The notes under the pieces are model-generated. The model did no database searches, was not told the DNA's origin, and saw only the letters and a list, made by a program, of their open reading frames with translations. A stretch of 60,000 nt of DNA from Botryllus schlosseri (taxonomy: Eukaryota): assembly GCA_051294905.1 (NCBI GenBank), contig CM119371.1, positions 11,162,001 through 11,222,000 of the forward strand. Direction: 5' to 3'. The translations under genes and the position numbers were made by a program. Each line of letters starts with the position of its first letter. Position 1 is the stretch's first letter. Shown piece after piece: positions 1 through 13,300 of this stretch.

Positions 1-139
1 TACCGAGTACATCAACCAGCTCTGAAGAAAATCGCAATGGCATTTTTCTTCATATTCGCTATCGTTCGCACCAGAATAATGAAAGTAGCTGCAGAGTTGA
101 TGAGAAGGATCGTAGACAAATAAACAAAAGAATATCAAC
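1..139 (-). CDS. Candidate internal exon running off the window edge (LIFFCLFVYDPSHQLCSYFHYSGANDSEYEEKCHCDFLQSWLMYSV); hydrophobic start, then a Cys-containing segment
   Basis: Acceptor ...atcctacag|G at 140-142 (minus); phase-2 frame open for 46 codons to position 1. No donor visible in the window. Confidence 0.3.
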
Positions 140-224
140 CTGTAGGATATCGAAACCAAGACATATAGATGTCAAGAAGACAAACATGGTAGAGCGGAGA
201 GGTGCAGCAGAAATAGTAAGATAC

Positions 225-1120
225 CAGTGTTGGGATCAAGTCATTACCTTCGAGTCACGAGTCATTTCGAGTCATTGCACATTTTGACTCGAGTCAAGTC
301 AAGTCAATCGGTTTTCGAAGGTGACTCGAGTCAAGTCAAGTCACTCGATTTTTGGAGGTGACTCGAGTCAAGTCGAGTCAAGTCAAGTCAAGTCACGAGT
401 CAAGTCAAAATTCAAGTCAAGTTGCCTTTTCGTAGTATGAGACATGATTACGTCATTACATTTTGCTAGCTGTCTGAAATACAGATTGAGTGGTCATTGA
501 TTTTGAACCGATGAACGAATATCGAGTTGAATATACACCCAAAAAGGCGCTGTATCGCTCACATATATGTAGTCTCAGTTTATAGTTACCGACAGAAATA
601 GAGAATAGAGAAACGAATTGATAAGATGCAATACATTACCCATTTACATATTGATATGATACAATTCGAGCCTGCGCCAATGGTTGAGGAGTATATAAGC
701 TATATTCGAATTCAAAATCAATAAAACAAGAGGTTTGGTTAAGGTAGATAATTTTCTATTATATGAATTTACTACTAGTTTACGACAACAATAAGCTGTA
801 AGGTTCGATCACTTCGTTGTGGTCAATTTATTTGTAAGAGAACAATGGAGGCTCAGTGAAAAGCACGATCATTGAATGATTGGTCGCTGTCACGGGTTAC
901 ACCATTGTTTTGCGAACAGTCCGAACATATGCAAGATACAGCGATTTTTATCGACACCGATTAATTGATGACTTGAAATTGACTCGTGAATTTTGCTCCG
1001 AGTCACGAGTCAATCCACATTTCTGATACGCCGAGTCAAGTCACGTCAAGTCATTTTAGCAAAGTGACTCGAGTCAAGTCAAGTCATGCGAAAAAGGTGA
1101 CTCGAGTCATCCCAACACTG
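225..1120. mobile_element. hAT-type MITE with subterminal GACTCGAGTC/AAGTC arrays
   Basis: TIR CAGTGTTGGGAT...ATCCCAACACTG; perfect 8-bp TSD TAAGATAC (217-224, 1121-1128). Relatives at ~9973-10400 (degenerate) and 50930-51493. Confidence 0.92.
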
Positions 1121-2304
1121 TAAGATACATAAACAGAAAACATCGTGATTCCGTAATCAAAATCAATTCTCAAAACAGGGCACGTGTAAAAGCAAATATA
1201 TCACAAATCATATTTCATATTGACGTAATTTCATAGCAGTGAAGTGATATTCCGGGATAAATGAAATATTTCAGTACCAAATTTATCGCCCAACGCAGTG
1301 CTCGTGTCTATAACAATATAATCGAAATACAGTCGAAGTGCCGAATATGACTCAAACTCTAACATAAATGAAAAGGCATGTCACATATCATCGCTGCGAG
1401 AAACGAAATCGCTTGGGCCAACCTTTTAACATATCCTAGTCCAGGGTTTGTGATCAGCACCCAGCTGAAACTCGTAATCTCTATCGTTATTTGACCGAAA
1501 CTGCATTTTCACGATTCAGCTTCTAAATACCCGACCGAAAAACATGAAAATTGCAACTATAAAACATAAAAATGAATGAAAGTCACATCAATTGAACGTG
1601 CGACTCGTCTATACGCTTTACAGTCTTTGGTGAATGTATAACAACACATCATTCGCATTGGATATCGATTTTCGCTTTTCGTCACCGCGAACATCGCGCG
1701 ATGGGGAAAAATATTGGTTTGAAATGACTAAAAATCACATCGCTGTCTCGGGCGCAGTCTCAGATCGGTGTCGGCGAATACCCTGCCACTCCAATAGGTT
1801 TAACATAAATTGCAGGACGGAACCATGTAGTGAATTCATCATGAAACCATATTTTTATGCGTTCTCGTGTAGCGAAATGACGAAACAAATCAGTTGGATA
1901 TTGATCCAATCATCTCTCAGACGCATATGCCAACAGATTATCGCACTTACGGTATTGTACAGCGCGCACCCCCCAAAATGTTTTATATTAATCGTAGGTG
2001 TGCCCCCAGCACAAAATATCTCGCCGAATTTATGGAATAGCAACATGAGTCTATAAGAAATTTTAAGGTTGACCAGCAATGGCGAATTTGCCAATTTAAC
2101 ACTAAGAATAAAGCGATTTTTACGAGATCATGCTTGAGAATCTTGTCCAGAAATCCCCCCGAATGCCCCCACAACTTCGTTTTTTTTTCTTGAACATCCT
2201 AACTTAAATAGGTTCGCTTTAGCTATTGCCAGGATGAGGTGGCCATGAGCATGCATATACATCTTCACACGAATCGTGAATTTGCTTTTTGCTATACGGT
2301 GCTG

Positions 2305-4287
2305 TAGGGATGGTGTGAACCTCTGAAAGGTTCAGGTTCGTGTGAACGCGAACCTTTTTGAAAGGTTCTGTGTGAACACGAACGTGAACCTCGTGACGTC
2401 ACGTGACGTCATATTGCTAATTCCAACCCTATCTTTCAATGAAGTGATAGCCTATACCCTATATTAATGTACACGATACCTAGCGAAGATTCGGTCCACA
2501 TAATGCCACAATGCTGAAGTACATATCGGCGTTTTAAACGTCGCTAAATGTATCAACCGCGATAATCAAAGGATATGATAATTGCATAAAATCAGTACAT
2601 TCCGTCGCTTTGCCAACAATTTCGACGAGGACTTACCAAGGAATATAAGCTTACGCCTTAACGGTCTTAGCCAGACCGGACAATGTGTTCGGAGTCTAAG
2701 TATTGCTACATTGATATTGAGCAGAGTATACAAAGGGTTTCTATACTCGCTACCGATTAGAGGTCGACCGATATTGATTTTTACAGGCCGATACCGATAC
2801 CGATATATCGGCTCACTCACAAGGCCGATGTGTCTGCGCGGCACACGAAATGAGCGTGTGGCGACCAAGGCGCAGAAGTCTGTCTAATCTCGGCGGTAGA
2901 ATGTAAGGCCGGTGTAAATCAAACAACCTTTTTAATCCAAATTAACGCTTAGTAGAACGTGAACAGCACAAATGACAGCACGCAGTACGCAGAAATATAA
3001 GGTATAAAGTAGGTACAATGTAGGCACAAAGTAGGATTTACAACCATGCTTTATCACAAAAATCTTCCAACCGTCTGTTCAGCAAAGTAACCAACGAAAC
3101 GTTATCCAGCATTGAATATATAGGGAACGAAAACGAGACTAATAATGATGATGATCAGACGACGCGACAATTATATTGAAAATACACAACGGATTCACGA
3201 AACAATGCAATGCCGCACGCGCGCGCTAACAGCCGATACCGATATCATAGGCCGATATTAATATGGAAGGAGCTGAGAACAATTTCACCAAAAATATTAT
3301 ATATTAGACAAGATGGCACTTGTTCATACCACAGAAAGCTGAACAACAAACGAGGAAACTGAAATTGAAAAGAATTATTGCTCAATTGTGCACATTCGAT
3401 GAAATTTGGGACAACCCAAAAAGCAAAATATGATACAGAATTGCAGATCAGTCCAGAAAAAATAGATTGTAATGCAGGAAGCATAGTTTCTCTGCATGCT
3501 CACCCAGTTAAACTCGTCCTGCAAGGGTAACTCTGTCATATATCGCCCTTTGTGTCGTCGATTTCTTGAGATTGAGAACACGGGGCATTGAATTTCGGAA
3601 ATTGTTGATCTTTTTTTAAATATAAAATATCGGCTGCGATATCGGCCTTCATAGGCCGATATCGATAATCGAGAAAGCTCTAAATATCCGCCTCGATAAT
3701 CGGCCATGTCGATAATCGGTCGACCTCTACTACCGATACCACAAACAACTACAATAGTTATTCAGCAGTAGCAAGCACCTTAATCGCACGGATTTGGTTT
3801 TAATGATACGGTAAAGATATGAAGTCAAGACTGACCCCGAACGACCGTTCGATTTTTACATCATAAGACGATATTAATGTCATTGATTGGTTGAATAAGC
3901 ATCATTCGCTGACTACGTATGTCGCTCGTGATGTTGTGTGATTGCGGGTCAAGCTCACAGCAGAGAGTCACTAAATATTCACAAACGGAAAGCTGGATAT
4001 GCCGAGAAAATTTTGCAACAAAGCAAGTAAAACTTTTAAGGTTGTCGAGGTGCATGGTACATGCTCGTTTAGTGATGATTTTTTATGCTGCCAGCACCAT
4101 GCATGGAGTGGCCTGTAGATGAAATGCAATAAATTTGAGCCAAAGATTATAATGGAGTGAAAATTACAATTTACCAAAAGGTTCACAGTGCAGAACCTAC
4201 CAAGGTTCTGTTGTGAACGCAAACTTCTAAATTTCCGAGGTTCACACACAGAACGCGAACGTGAACCTCACGTTCACACCATCCCTA
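2305..4287. mobile_element. hAT-type MITE family TAGGGATGGTGTGAAC, copy 1 (~1 kb plus a nested element)
   Basis: TIR TAGGGATGGTGTGAAC...GTTCACACCATCCCTA; TSD CGGTGCTG/CTGTGCTG (7/8); the empty site CTGTGCTG is present in the second copy of the host repeat at 48506-48513. Confidence 0.92.
2758..3729. mobile_element. Nested hAT-type MITE (CCGATA subterminal repeats)
   Basis: TIR TAGAGGTCGACCGAT...ATCGGTCGACCTCTA; perfect TSD CTACCGAT (2750-2757, 3730-3737); absent from the other two copies of the host MITE. Confidence 0.93.
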
Positions 4288-4481
4288 CTGTGCTGGCATA
4301 TATTCGATGAATGCTCGACTAGGGATCAGGGCGAGTCGTGATACTGGTATTTATATTATTAAATAATTCAATCGCTGTCGGATTGAGTTGAACAAATTCA
4401 ACTTCTACAACATGCGTAACATCAATGTCTGTATGCTAAGTAGCAGTCATCATATTTCAACGCGACGTTGTGTATATTACC

Positions 4482-7243
4482 TAGATGTGATCAACGTAGT
4501 CAAGAAAGCTACTCAAGTAGCGACGAAAAAATCTACTCAAGTACGAGTAGAATTAGTTTTTCAATAAGAAACCTAAAACTACTTGAAGTAGAAGTCGAAT
4601 ATGACTGACTTCAAATCTATTCAAGTAAGTAGTTGTGAAAACGATCGTAATTCGTTCGCATGTATTGTCAAAAAGTGCAAATTGAGCTATGCGAAAGGTG
4701 CCAAGTTTGATTCATATTGATGATTACCAGGAGGTATCCAATTTTGGACAGCATAAGCACTCGTCCGCATCATGGGATGAAAATGCTAGTATTCATATGG
4801 AAATGCGATACTAGTCCTCTGTATACTCGAACAGCATGTTTTAGAAAATATCATGGTATCGCGTCCTCCCCCATATTATAAGGCCCGCAGTTTAGTCAAA
4901 GAGCAATACAGAGAAGTTGTATAGGATACGGCAGGGGTCACCAACACGCGGCCCGTGAAGTCATATTTTGCGGCCCGCGACCTGATTTCGAGAAATTTCG
5001 GAAGAACGCTTAGTAAGCATTTTGAAATGCTGAGAATGATTTCAGTTTAAAGATATTGTTGTTGTTATTCAAAGTAAGTCATTCGCCTGTGCCCTCTACC
5101 GCTATTCCTCACTAGCTGTAACGGCTTCGGAGGAAGAATTTGCTGATTTGAATGGGCATATTGCCGGGACGTGCAATATCACACCACTGCCAAGACCAGA
5201 CGCTTGAAAAACGATTTCTGCTGTCCAAAAGACCATGGTTTACGAGGAAATAGTTTTCCAGCAAGTACCGTGTCTAGCTAACCCCATTATAGATTATTTA
5301 GTCCAGGGGTGGTCAATATGTGGCAGTAGAAGGAAAATTATGCGGCCGTCAATACCTAATTCCACTATGTGTCGGCGCCCGTCAATACGCAAATTGAGTT
5401 TACGAATTGACTCCATAATTAATGAGAGGCTTCAATTCATTCTTGAAATTTTCTTCGCGTCACGCGCGGTTCAATGCGAGTTGATTTCGATTTTAATATA
5501 GTAGTGTCCTTTGTAATCTGAGTTCAACAGTACAGATGCAAATAGCAGAGGAAAATTATGCGCTCCATAACGAAATACCAATTTGTAATCGTGTTCTCCT
5601 CATCACGAAGGAAATTTGTTACTGGTAGGCCTACGTTTGAGCGAATCTAACATATTTCCCGTATACCGACAATCCTGATGGGAGGTCAACAAATAAAAGC
5701 ATGCAGCAAAGGGGACTAATAACAATTGGCCCACCCAAAGATGCAGCACAGCAATAATAACTTCTCTAAATTTTCTAAGAAACCCCCTGCGTCTAATCTA
5801 CCAGTGGATCTGAACACAGAGGCTGGGAAAAGATATATATTTGATAGTAATATGTGAAACTATACTAATATTAATGACGGAATTCACTCAAAAATGTGAA
5901 AAAATTATCGCGCTTCGCGCGTCTACAGAACGTATTTCGGTGGCTGTTCGGAACATTGCCACTCAACGATTTCGGTGCACATAGTAAGCCGATGTGAGTG
6001 AATAGATTAGCCCGGAGTGTACCGGCAATGGATATGGACAGTTCACCGTGGGTTCTTGACCTCCGATTAATTCATTACGATTAAGCACTGGAATGCGGCC
6101 GTCAATAGCAAAAAGGTCGGCCGCCCCTATTTTGGTTTCTGCAGAGTGTTGTCCGGCATCGTGCGCAGCTCATAGTTCAAAATATATTGAAATTGATGAT
6201 CAGGATATTATTTGTTGTAATTGTATTTTTTCAATAAAATATTATTTCTTTTGTGGTAACCATGCCCGTCGCCCATGTTAGATAGCACAGCGTTGTACTG
6301 ACGTAGAGTTATCAAAACGTGGTTGATAAACGGCGCTGCCTATTTGTATCTCGATAATGAAGTCATGCGGCCCACGGCCTCTATAAATTTTGAAAAGTGG
6401 CCCGCGACCCATTTTGAGTTGGCGTCCCCTGGGATACGGTGTAAACACCTTGCGCGATTAGTAAACGTTAATAAAAAATATGGTGAATCGTAAAAATGCC
6501 ATGTTGTGTAGCTTTATTTTCGGAAATTGAAGGCATTACTACACTTGCTTTTATACTTCAATATGTATGTTATCCAAACAAAAGAACTGATATTAATTAG
6601 AACTAAAAGTGTATGATACTGGGAATTGAAAGTGAAATATAAATACTACTTCTAAAAGCTGAAATTGTATTTAATGTCTTTAGTCCAGAAAGTTTCAAAG
6701 GTGGTTTGCTAAAAACAGCTCTAAAACTAAATCAAAAGTCCCCAAATTTCACTTTTCCATATTAGGACACACCATGGACTGCTAGATTACGATATGATAA
6801 GTAAATGCTAGATTGCGAAACATCAGTTTCAAACGTTTCATAGGGGCGAAGGGCGACAATACGGTGTGAACCGAACAACACTAACCTGTAACCTAAATTA
6901 TATTCACCGATACTTTCGTGAAACCATACTGGTTACTCCGTAGCCACTGCTCGCGCAGCACGACGAAAATTCTGGGCTTTACTCAAGTTTTATGAAAATT
7001 AGGTGTTGATACTTCGTGAAAACAGCCCCGAAATTCCTCAGGCTATCTTCCTGAGCGGGGGATTAAACTACTTCTACTTGACAAACTGAAAATAGCGAAA
7101 AGTAAGTAAGTAGATCACAGAATATTACGAATTAGAAGTAGAAGTAGTGATGAATCAGATCTACTTGAGTAAGTACCAGAAGTAGAGGGAAACTACTTGA
7201 GTACTTCGAAAAAGTAGATGTACTTCTTTGCTGACCACCTCTC
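4482..7243. mobile_element. Old degenerate hAT-like MITE with TACTCAAGTA/TACTTGAGTA subterminal repeats; host of nested elements
   Basis: Imperfect inverted termini (tagatgtgatca / tgaccacctct) and clusters of ctactcaagta / tacttgagta at both ends; no clear TSD. Confidence 0.5.
4932..6431. mobile_element. hAT (Buster/Charlie-type) MITE containing a further degenerate MITE at ~5304-6129
   Basis: Termini CAGGGGTCACCAAC...GTTGGCGTCCCCTG with GCGGCCCGCG motifs; perfect TSD GGATACGG (4924-4931, 6432-6439). Confidence 0.88.
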
Positions 7244-7368
7244 TATTGAATGTATGTCGCGAATTGTAAATGGTTGGAAAGCACTGAAAACGATATAAAT
7301 GAAATGTTGTAATATCAAATCCAATTGGTTTCCTCATCTATTGATGTAGCGCCGTCGATCAACACTCG

Positions 7369-10300
7369 TCATCCTTCAACAACTTCGTAGATGTGATCAC
7401 TGGATTGTGCAGAATTGAAAGTCACACCGATCACTGATTCATACGTATTGCTGTCTTCTAGTTTCGCTCCAGAAGAAATCTCATCGTTGTCGTACGGCGA
7501 TTGCTCTTGCGACCCATCCAATTCGTAAATTTCGTATTCGTTCACCCCTGAGTGAGCATTTGAGCTGCTGTCTTGTTTACGTCCATTTCTTAAAAGCATT
7601 GAAATGATATGCTCTAATACAGTAGTTCTTAACCTTTTTTCTTCCAGCGTCCCGTTTCAAAAATTATCGTGCTCCAGCGCCCCCCCCCACCTCATATTGT
7701 AAGGACTGCAATTAAGACAATGGTCGAGAGGGAGGGCCGTTACAGCACTTCGTCATCCCCAATAAAAACGATTGTCTTGGGCACCCATAGCGTGATAAAC
7801 CAAACTCATGCGGGCTTCGCCCCCAGGAACTCCGTTGCATGATTTCGATGGTCAGCAAAGTTTTTGTGGCCTGGTCGCCCAAGGAGCCAATATTTTTTAT
7901 AATGCATGAATGAAATAGGTTGTAATTGCATCTCAGCCCACGTAATCAAATTTACCAGCAGCGCTGAGTGAGCTGTTGTATTGAAAAATGAAGGCCACTT
8001 AATTTATAATTTAACGTATTTGGGCGTGCCCGTTGGTACGATTAAATCGTTACATGTTAATGTGTTACCTCCTGTCGGCTATATAGTCAAAATATATTGG
8101 AACGCATAAACGTATTAAAATAAAGTAAGCACGCGATTCCAAATTGGTATTTTGTCACTGGCGAATAATTTTATCTGATGGATGTTATTTGTCCTGTGGG
8201 GTGCAGATTGCGACGACATGATAATTCGTCACGAGCGATTTAAGTACCTATGGACAATTTGACTTATATACATCGAAGTACACGCTCAGCAGAAGGGCAA
8301 TCCTCTTCGGCTAAGGTTTTCTCGCTTACGATCTTTTGTGACACACTTCTCGGAGACCCATATTCTCCGGAACTTCATATGTCTTCGTGCATCGTGACGT
8401 GGTAATGGTCGCTGCCGAAATGCCTATTTCTATTTTCTATAATAATGCGTATTCTTTCGTAGGAGAGTCGTCAAAACATGATGTTTAATTAGTGTTCATT
8501 CACCGAAAGGGGGAAGCGAGTGACGCAGTTGGTTAAACACTGCAGTCACGACACCAATGGTTGCTGGTTCGAATCTAGGCTCTGCCATGTTTCTACGTGT
8601 CGGAGGTTTATCTGGGCTCCTTATCGCCTATCCCGCTGTAAATACAGCACCTTGAAAAGCACAGAAGAAGAGAGAGCCGAACTCTGTAAAGATGGCTGCT
8701 AAAGACCAGAAAAACGAAGCAATACCGCAAAAGACATTGTGTTAATACTAATAAAGTGCTGGGCGCGAAAAACCATATAGGCGATAAGCGCCAATGTTGT
8801 GAATAAACAAACAAACAAACATTAACTGAAGTAATTTAGGCACCCTTCGAGCTAACCGATTGTTTGATTGGTTTTGGTTGCAGCAGTTTCGGTCTTGGTA
8901 AGAGGTCAAAGTTCAGTCGGTCTTTTTGGAACTTTGGTAATGGAAATATTTCGCGCTTTCATAGCGCTCGAGGACCATTCGAGGACTATAATAAACCATA
9001 TAATAATTGTGTGTGGTATATTAAGGGTCAAATCAAGGTTGTTATAACAACAATAGGGTACGGTCTCATACCCTGTGGTTCAAACCAATGTTCCCTCCAA
9101 TTTTTGACGGGTCTGCGCACACTCACCAACTCACTGCGCAGACCCTTGGAAAACAGTGCGTAACGACTAAAAAAAAGGTCATCACTTCGGATATTTTGTG
9201 CGCAACTTGAATTTTCTGTGCGCAGAGACCGTGAAAGAAGTGCGCATTTCCGCACGTGCGCAGCTTAGAGAGAACATTGGTTCAAACCCTCCCGAATTCA
9301 CATCGGCGATTGGCAATACGGGATAATTAATGGTATTGGATTTTGTCTTAGTGCTTTGTGTACCTATAAGTAAGTCAACTGATAATGGGATGCATATATA
9401 TGTCCACATTGAATTTAATACTGTAACCAGCTATTTATTTTAACATGAATGTATTCCACACAAAGCAACTCATATTATATAACGTTCATGCGAGGTTGTG
9501 AACCACAACACGAAATAGTATCATCCTTTATGATACGTTGGAGAAATATTCTGACGATTTAATTTTGTAGCTCTCAAATACAAGTATATTTAGTTATTCA
9601 TTTTGTGCACAAAGCTTCAAAACTAATTATATGTACAAGTGGCTCTCACTCTCAATCAAACGTGATATACAGTGTCTCATTTTTCAATTTTCACACGCTG
9701 TGCGCTGCGGGATATAACACCTAATTCCAGACATTTTGCTGAAAATAACCCCAGCAAGCGTGACGGCAGCAGAGATGAGCATGGATTAGGATTAGGTTTT
9801 GAAAAAACAGGATTTGTGAAATTTTGTCGGATTTGGATTGGATTTAGATCCGGCCCTTCAAAATCGCCAGCGCCCCTTCAGGGCGCCGGAGGCAAGTTTA
9901 ACAACCACTGCTCTAATATGTATCAGTTTAAATTTCCATACTGAGCCAGTGTGTGACTATCGCACTACCGGACAGTGTTGGGATCAAGTTCCAACCTTCG
10001 AATCATACGTCATATCGAGCCATTACATACATAAGTCACAAAGTGATGTCGAATTTCCAAAGAAGCCAGCGGGCGTGTTCCAAGTCACTGCATTTTGTAG
10101 GATGTTTAAAATACCGATTGAGTCGCTATTAATTCTGAATGGAATAATGAAGATCGAGGTAATTAAACCTTGTATGCTTAACTACATCGGCATCTGTCAG
10201 TCAAATTGATGATGGAATATAGATCCTCGTGAATTAAGTTGAAACAAATGTATATGATGCAATATACCATCCACCATCCATACGACACAGATTAAGCTTG

Positions 10301-13300
10301 TGTCAAATGTTTATAAGTCTCTCCATAGGGATATAACATGATTATGCTTAAACTTTATACGGAGTCAAGCTCGATCAGACCGAGTTTAGCAGTGTTCCGA
10401 AGTGATATTCGCCTCGATACAGATGCTATACTGGAATATCATGGTATGCAATCAACGCAATGTTTTTTTTTATTCCAGCTTTCGTAGTGGCCTAAATATT
10501 GTGCACCACGGATTGGGCCATGTGGATCTACATACAAAATTGTCAAACGAAAATATTTTTTGAACGAGAGCTGATCTACAATTTTAATTGACATTTTTGG
10601 ATTGAGCTCACAAAAAATAATAAGAGTCGACCGTTTTCTTATCGGAAGTAAACAACTTTTCAAAATTTGTTGAACAGTGGTTACCAAACTTTTTCAGCTT
10701 GCGGAACATTCGAAAAAACAAAAAAGTCTCGCGGCACACTTGGGCTGAGAAAACATGCTCTAAAAACAGATCGATGTTTAATAGTACATGAACAGTGGGG
10801 CTGTTCAAAAATAACTTTTTTTCCGGATCCCGGTCATTCATCGTCAGGTTATCCTAAAAAACACTGCACTCAAAATTTGGTTCAAGTCTAACAAGTATAA
10901 GCCGCTGCAGAGCCAATATAAATTTTTAATTTAATATATTTTTTTTTAATCAAGATTTTCTGTCAACCCCATGAAATTGTCGAGTTGTCTTCAAACACGA
11001 TGCAAAACAAATTTGACTCAATTCCAACCTGTAGAAGTTATTCGAGTGTTTTTATTTGAGTTTCTCATTCATATTTCTGGTATTATCCACCGTCAATGCT
11101 AGTTTTTCAAATCCAGAACTTTTAACTGCAATAACTGTGAATGGCTGGAATCCGGGAAAAAGTGATATTTGAACAGCCATAATGAACAGGCATTATAAAA
11201 TAAAAAGGAAGTTGAATTGTTCACAAACCTACCCGCATTTTATCATTAATTCTAAGCAATGTCTCTCGTTTACAGCTTTTAATTTCACTCAAATAATAAA
11301 GGTGTCCACCTAGCCATAAAGATGCAAATTTTAACTCAATATTGATTGTTTTGCACCAATTATGGAATAGGATTTGCTAGTCGACATCTAAAAATCTTCC
11401 AATTTCTTTGGGAGAAATAACTTTTAAACAGGGATTTTCGTAAATCATTTAGCTGCTCTTCAGAGATCGCTTGATTTATTAATTTGCAATAACTAGTTTC
11501 ATTGTTACTTGTGCTTATTTGAAGAAGGTAAATCGTCTGTAAGTCGCACATGCTAGTCTGCGGTCCTTTTTCAAAATATTTATACCGCTCTTTTCCAAAA
11601 CTACAAAGTTGTTTGCGGCACGCCTGATAATCTGTGGCGGCACACCAATGTGTCGTGGCACAAAGTTTGGGAAACAGTAAGAATCACTGTAAACAAGTAT
11701 GATATCGTTTAAAACTTTTACCAAAAGCTATTCACGCTCATATAAACGACATGCCCGTGTAGTGATCGACATGCAGTGTTTCAGCAATTCGTCATGATAT
11801 ATTATTGCCAATATATTATTCAATAATATCAAGTCTTTACTCATTATGTGGGGATGGCATTATTGGCGGTCCAATAAGAAAATTCAACACCGGTTTACTG
11901 AGATGACGTCATAATCAGTGGTCCTCAGATACTCGACTCTACTCAGAATCGACTCATCATATCGTTACAGCGACGAAATTCTTTCTGTATCTCCAATATG
12001 GTTACGACTGCATTTCATACTCGCTCCTGATGAGAGTCGGTCGAAATGCTCTGACTGGACCAAACTTGGCCATATTAACATATTGCCTGTTGCGATTATC
12101 CATATGATATGCAAACTAGGTAATTTTCAGAAATTGTGGAACGATATGCAAGGTTTTTGTAGATGACGTCAGCGGCAATTGAAACTCACCTAATGTATGT
12201 CAGTATGAATAATGCGATGAAAATCAGTAGCAGGAAGCTTGCCGCAGATGCAATGATTGGAATACTAGTTGCGTGACTTTCTGAATCCATGCCTGAAAGG
12301 AATGAATACAATTCTTATCCGCTTTAAAATTAGCAATTATGAAGGTGATCTCCAGTTTCGCACGGATTTTTATCTGCGGCCCGCGACCTGGTTTCATATG
12401 TCGATAAATATGTGTGATTGTAGTATTTCGATATGCTTAAAATAATTATAATTGGAAAATTGCGATCGATATTACAATGATTCCTTCCCCCTCGCTTAAT
12501 ATAACCATTTTCCGCTATAAAATGTATTTGGCGGTACTAATAATGTGATCGCCCAAAGGCAACATGCCGATAAGACCGAATTCACCTCGCCCTCACAGTA
12601 CCAATGAGATGAGTAAGCCAACACCGTAATGCATCTGCCGTGCGATCGAGACGGACAAAGCATCTCCAAGAAAACCAGCACCGACCTATCGGCGTGCATA
12701 GTTACAGCAAAGCGCGGTCAGATATCAAGTGTCGGGCCTACTACATAATAAACACGATGCTATAATCAAGACACATATTTGACGGATTTGTAAATCTTTC
12801 AATCTTTTTAACAATGTGTACCTCGCGGGTTTAACAATGTGTGCGACGCGTTTTAGACAACATCAAGTTAAATTGATTTAGTGCCTTTTCACCTTTGCAA
12901 AGAGCTAATAAGGTTTCAGCAACCAATGGTTGCTATGTTACGCGTGTATTCTCTAATTATATGTAAGCCTATGAGTTGTGGGTGTGCTGACCTCTAGGGA
13001 ACCTACGAAACTGGCCCAGAGAACCCATGGTGTTCCGTGAAGCACCGGTTAGGAAACAAGGATTATACCTAACACATACCAACCATTGATCTTTGATGCC
13101 GATGTTGATATTCCGGTAGAAGCTGAAATATAATCTCAGATCAATGTCAGACATGAAATGCCTTAATTTTCATCAAGAGAGGAGTAATAATACCGTGTAT
13201 CTGTGATCAATCAGTTGACATAGCGATTTACAATTTACCATGCGATCAATTAGGAAGATAAACTGAATATATGGAAAGATATTCCAACACTCATGGATGA

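Larger units (their letters stand above)
1258..4475. repeat. Dispersed ~1.2-kb degenerate repeat, copy 1 (split by the 2305-4287 insertion); unidentified, possibly a decayed coding element
   Basis: Colinear similarity with 47515-48695 (e.g. ccagggtttg, cagctgaaactc, gactaaaaatcacat, tgctggcatatattcgatg); all frames are interrupted by stops. Confidence 0.8.
7620..9910. mobile_element. hAT (Buster-type) non-autonomous element hosting a SINE and a small MITE
   Basis: Termini CAGTAGTTCTTAACCT...TTTAACAACCACTG; perfect TSD CTCTAATA (7612-7619, 9911-9918); inverted homologue at 56850-58261. Confidence 0.9.

Noticed and set aside
240..430. GACTCGAGTCAAGTC arrays, and (TGTAAT)n and (AATTAG)n arrays elsewhere, as CRISPR or telomeric repeats
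   Set aside because: There are no unique spacers of regular length and no cas genes. The arrays are subterminal repeats inside TIR/TSD-bounded hAT MITEs.
8509..8590. tRNA gene (also 43790-43860)
   Set aside because: A and B boxes are present but there is no closed cloverleaf, and a shared core and simple-repeat tail follow. These are SINE heads.
12022..12056. Hammerhead-like CTGATGA-gagtcggtc-GAAA
   Set aside because: The core boxes are present, but no stem I pairing or proper stem III/UH geometry could be formed, and it is single-copy in the window.
11960..12118. Alternative tail exon for gene A containing YVNM
   Set aside because: The YVNM frame is not in phase with the TM exon at the available AG, and it shows no homology to gene B's tail, whereas 7369-7588 does.
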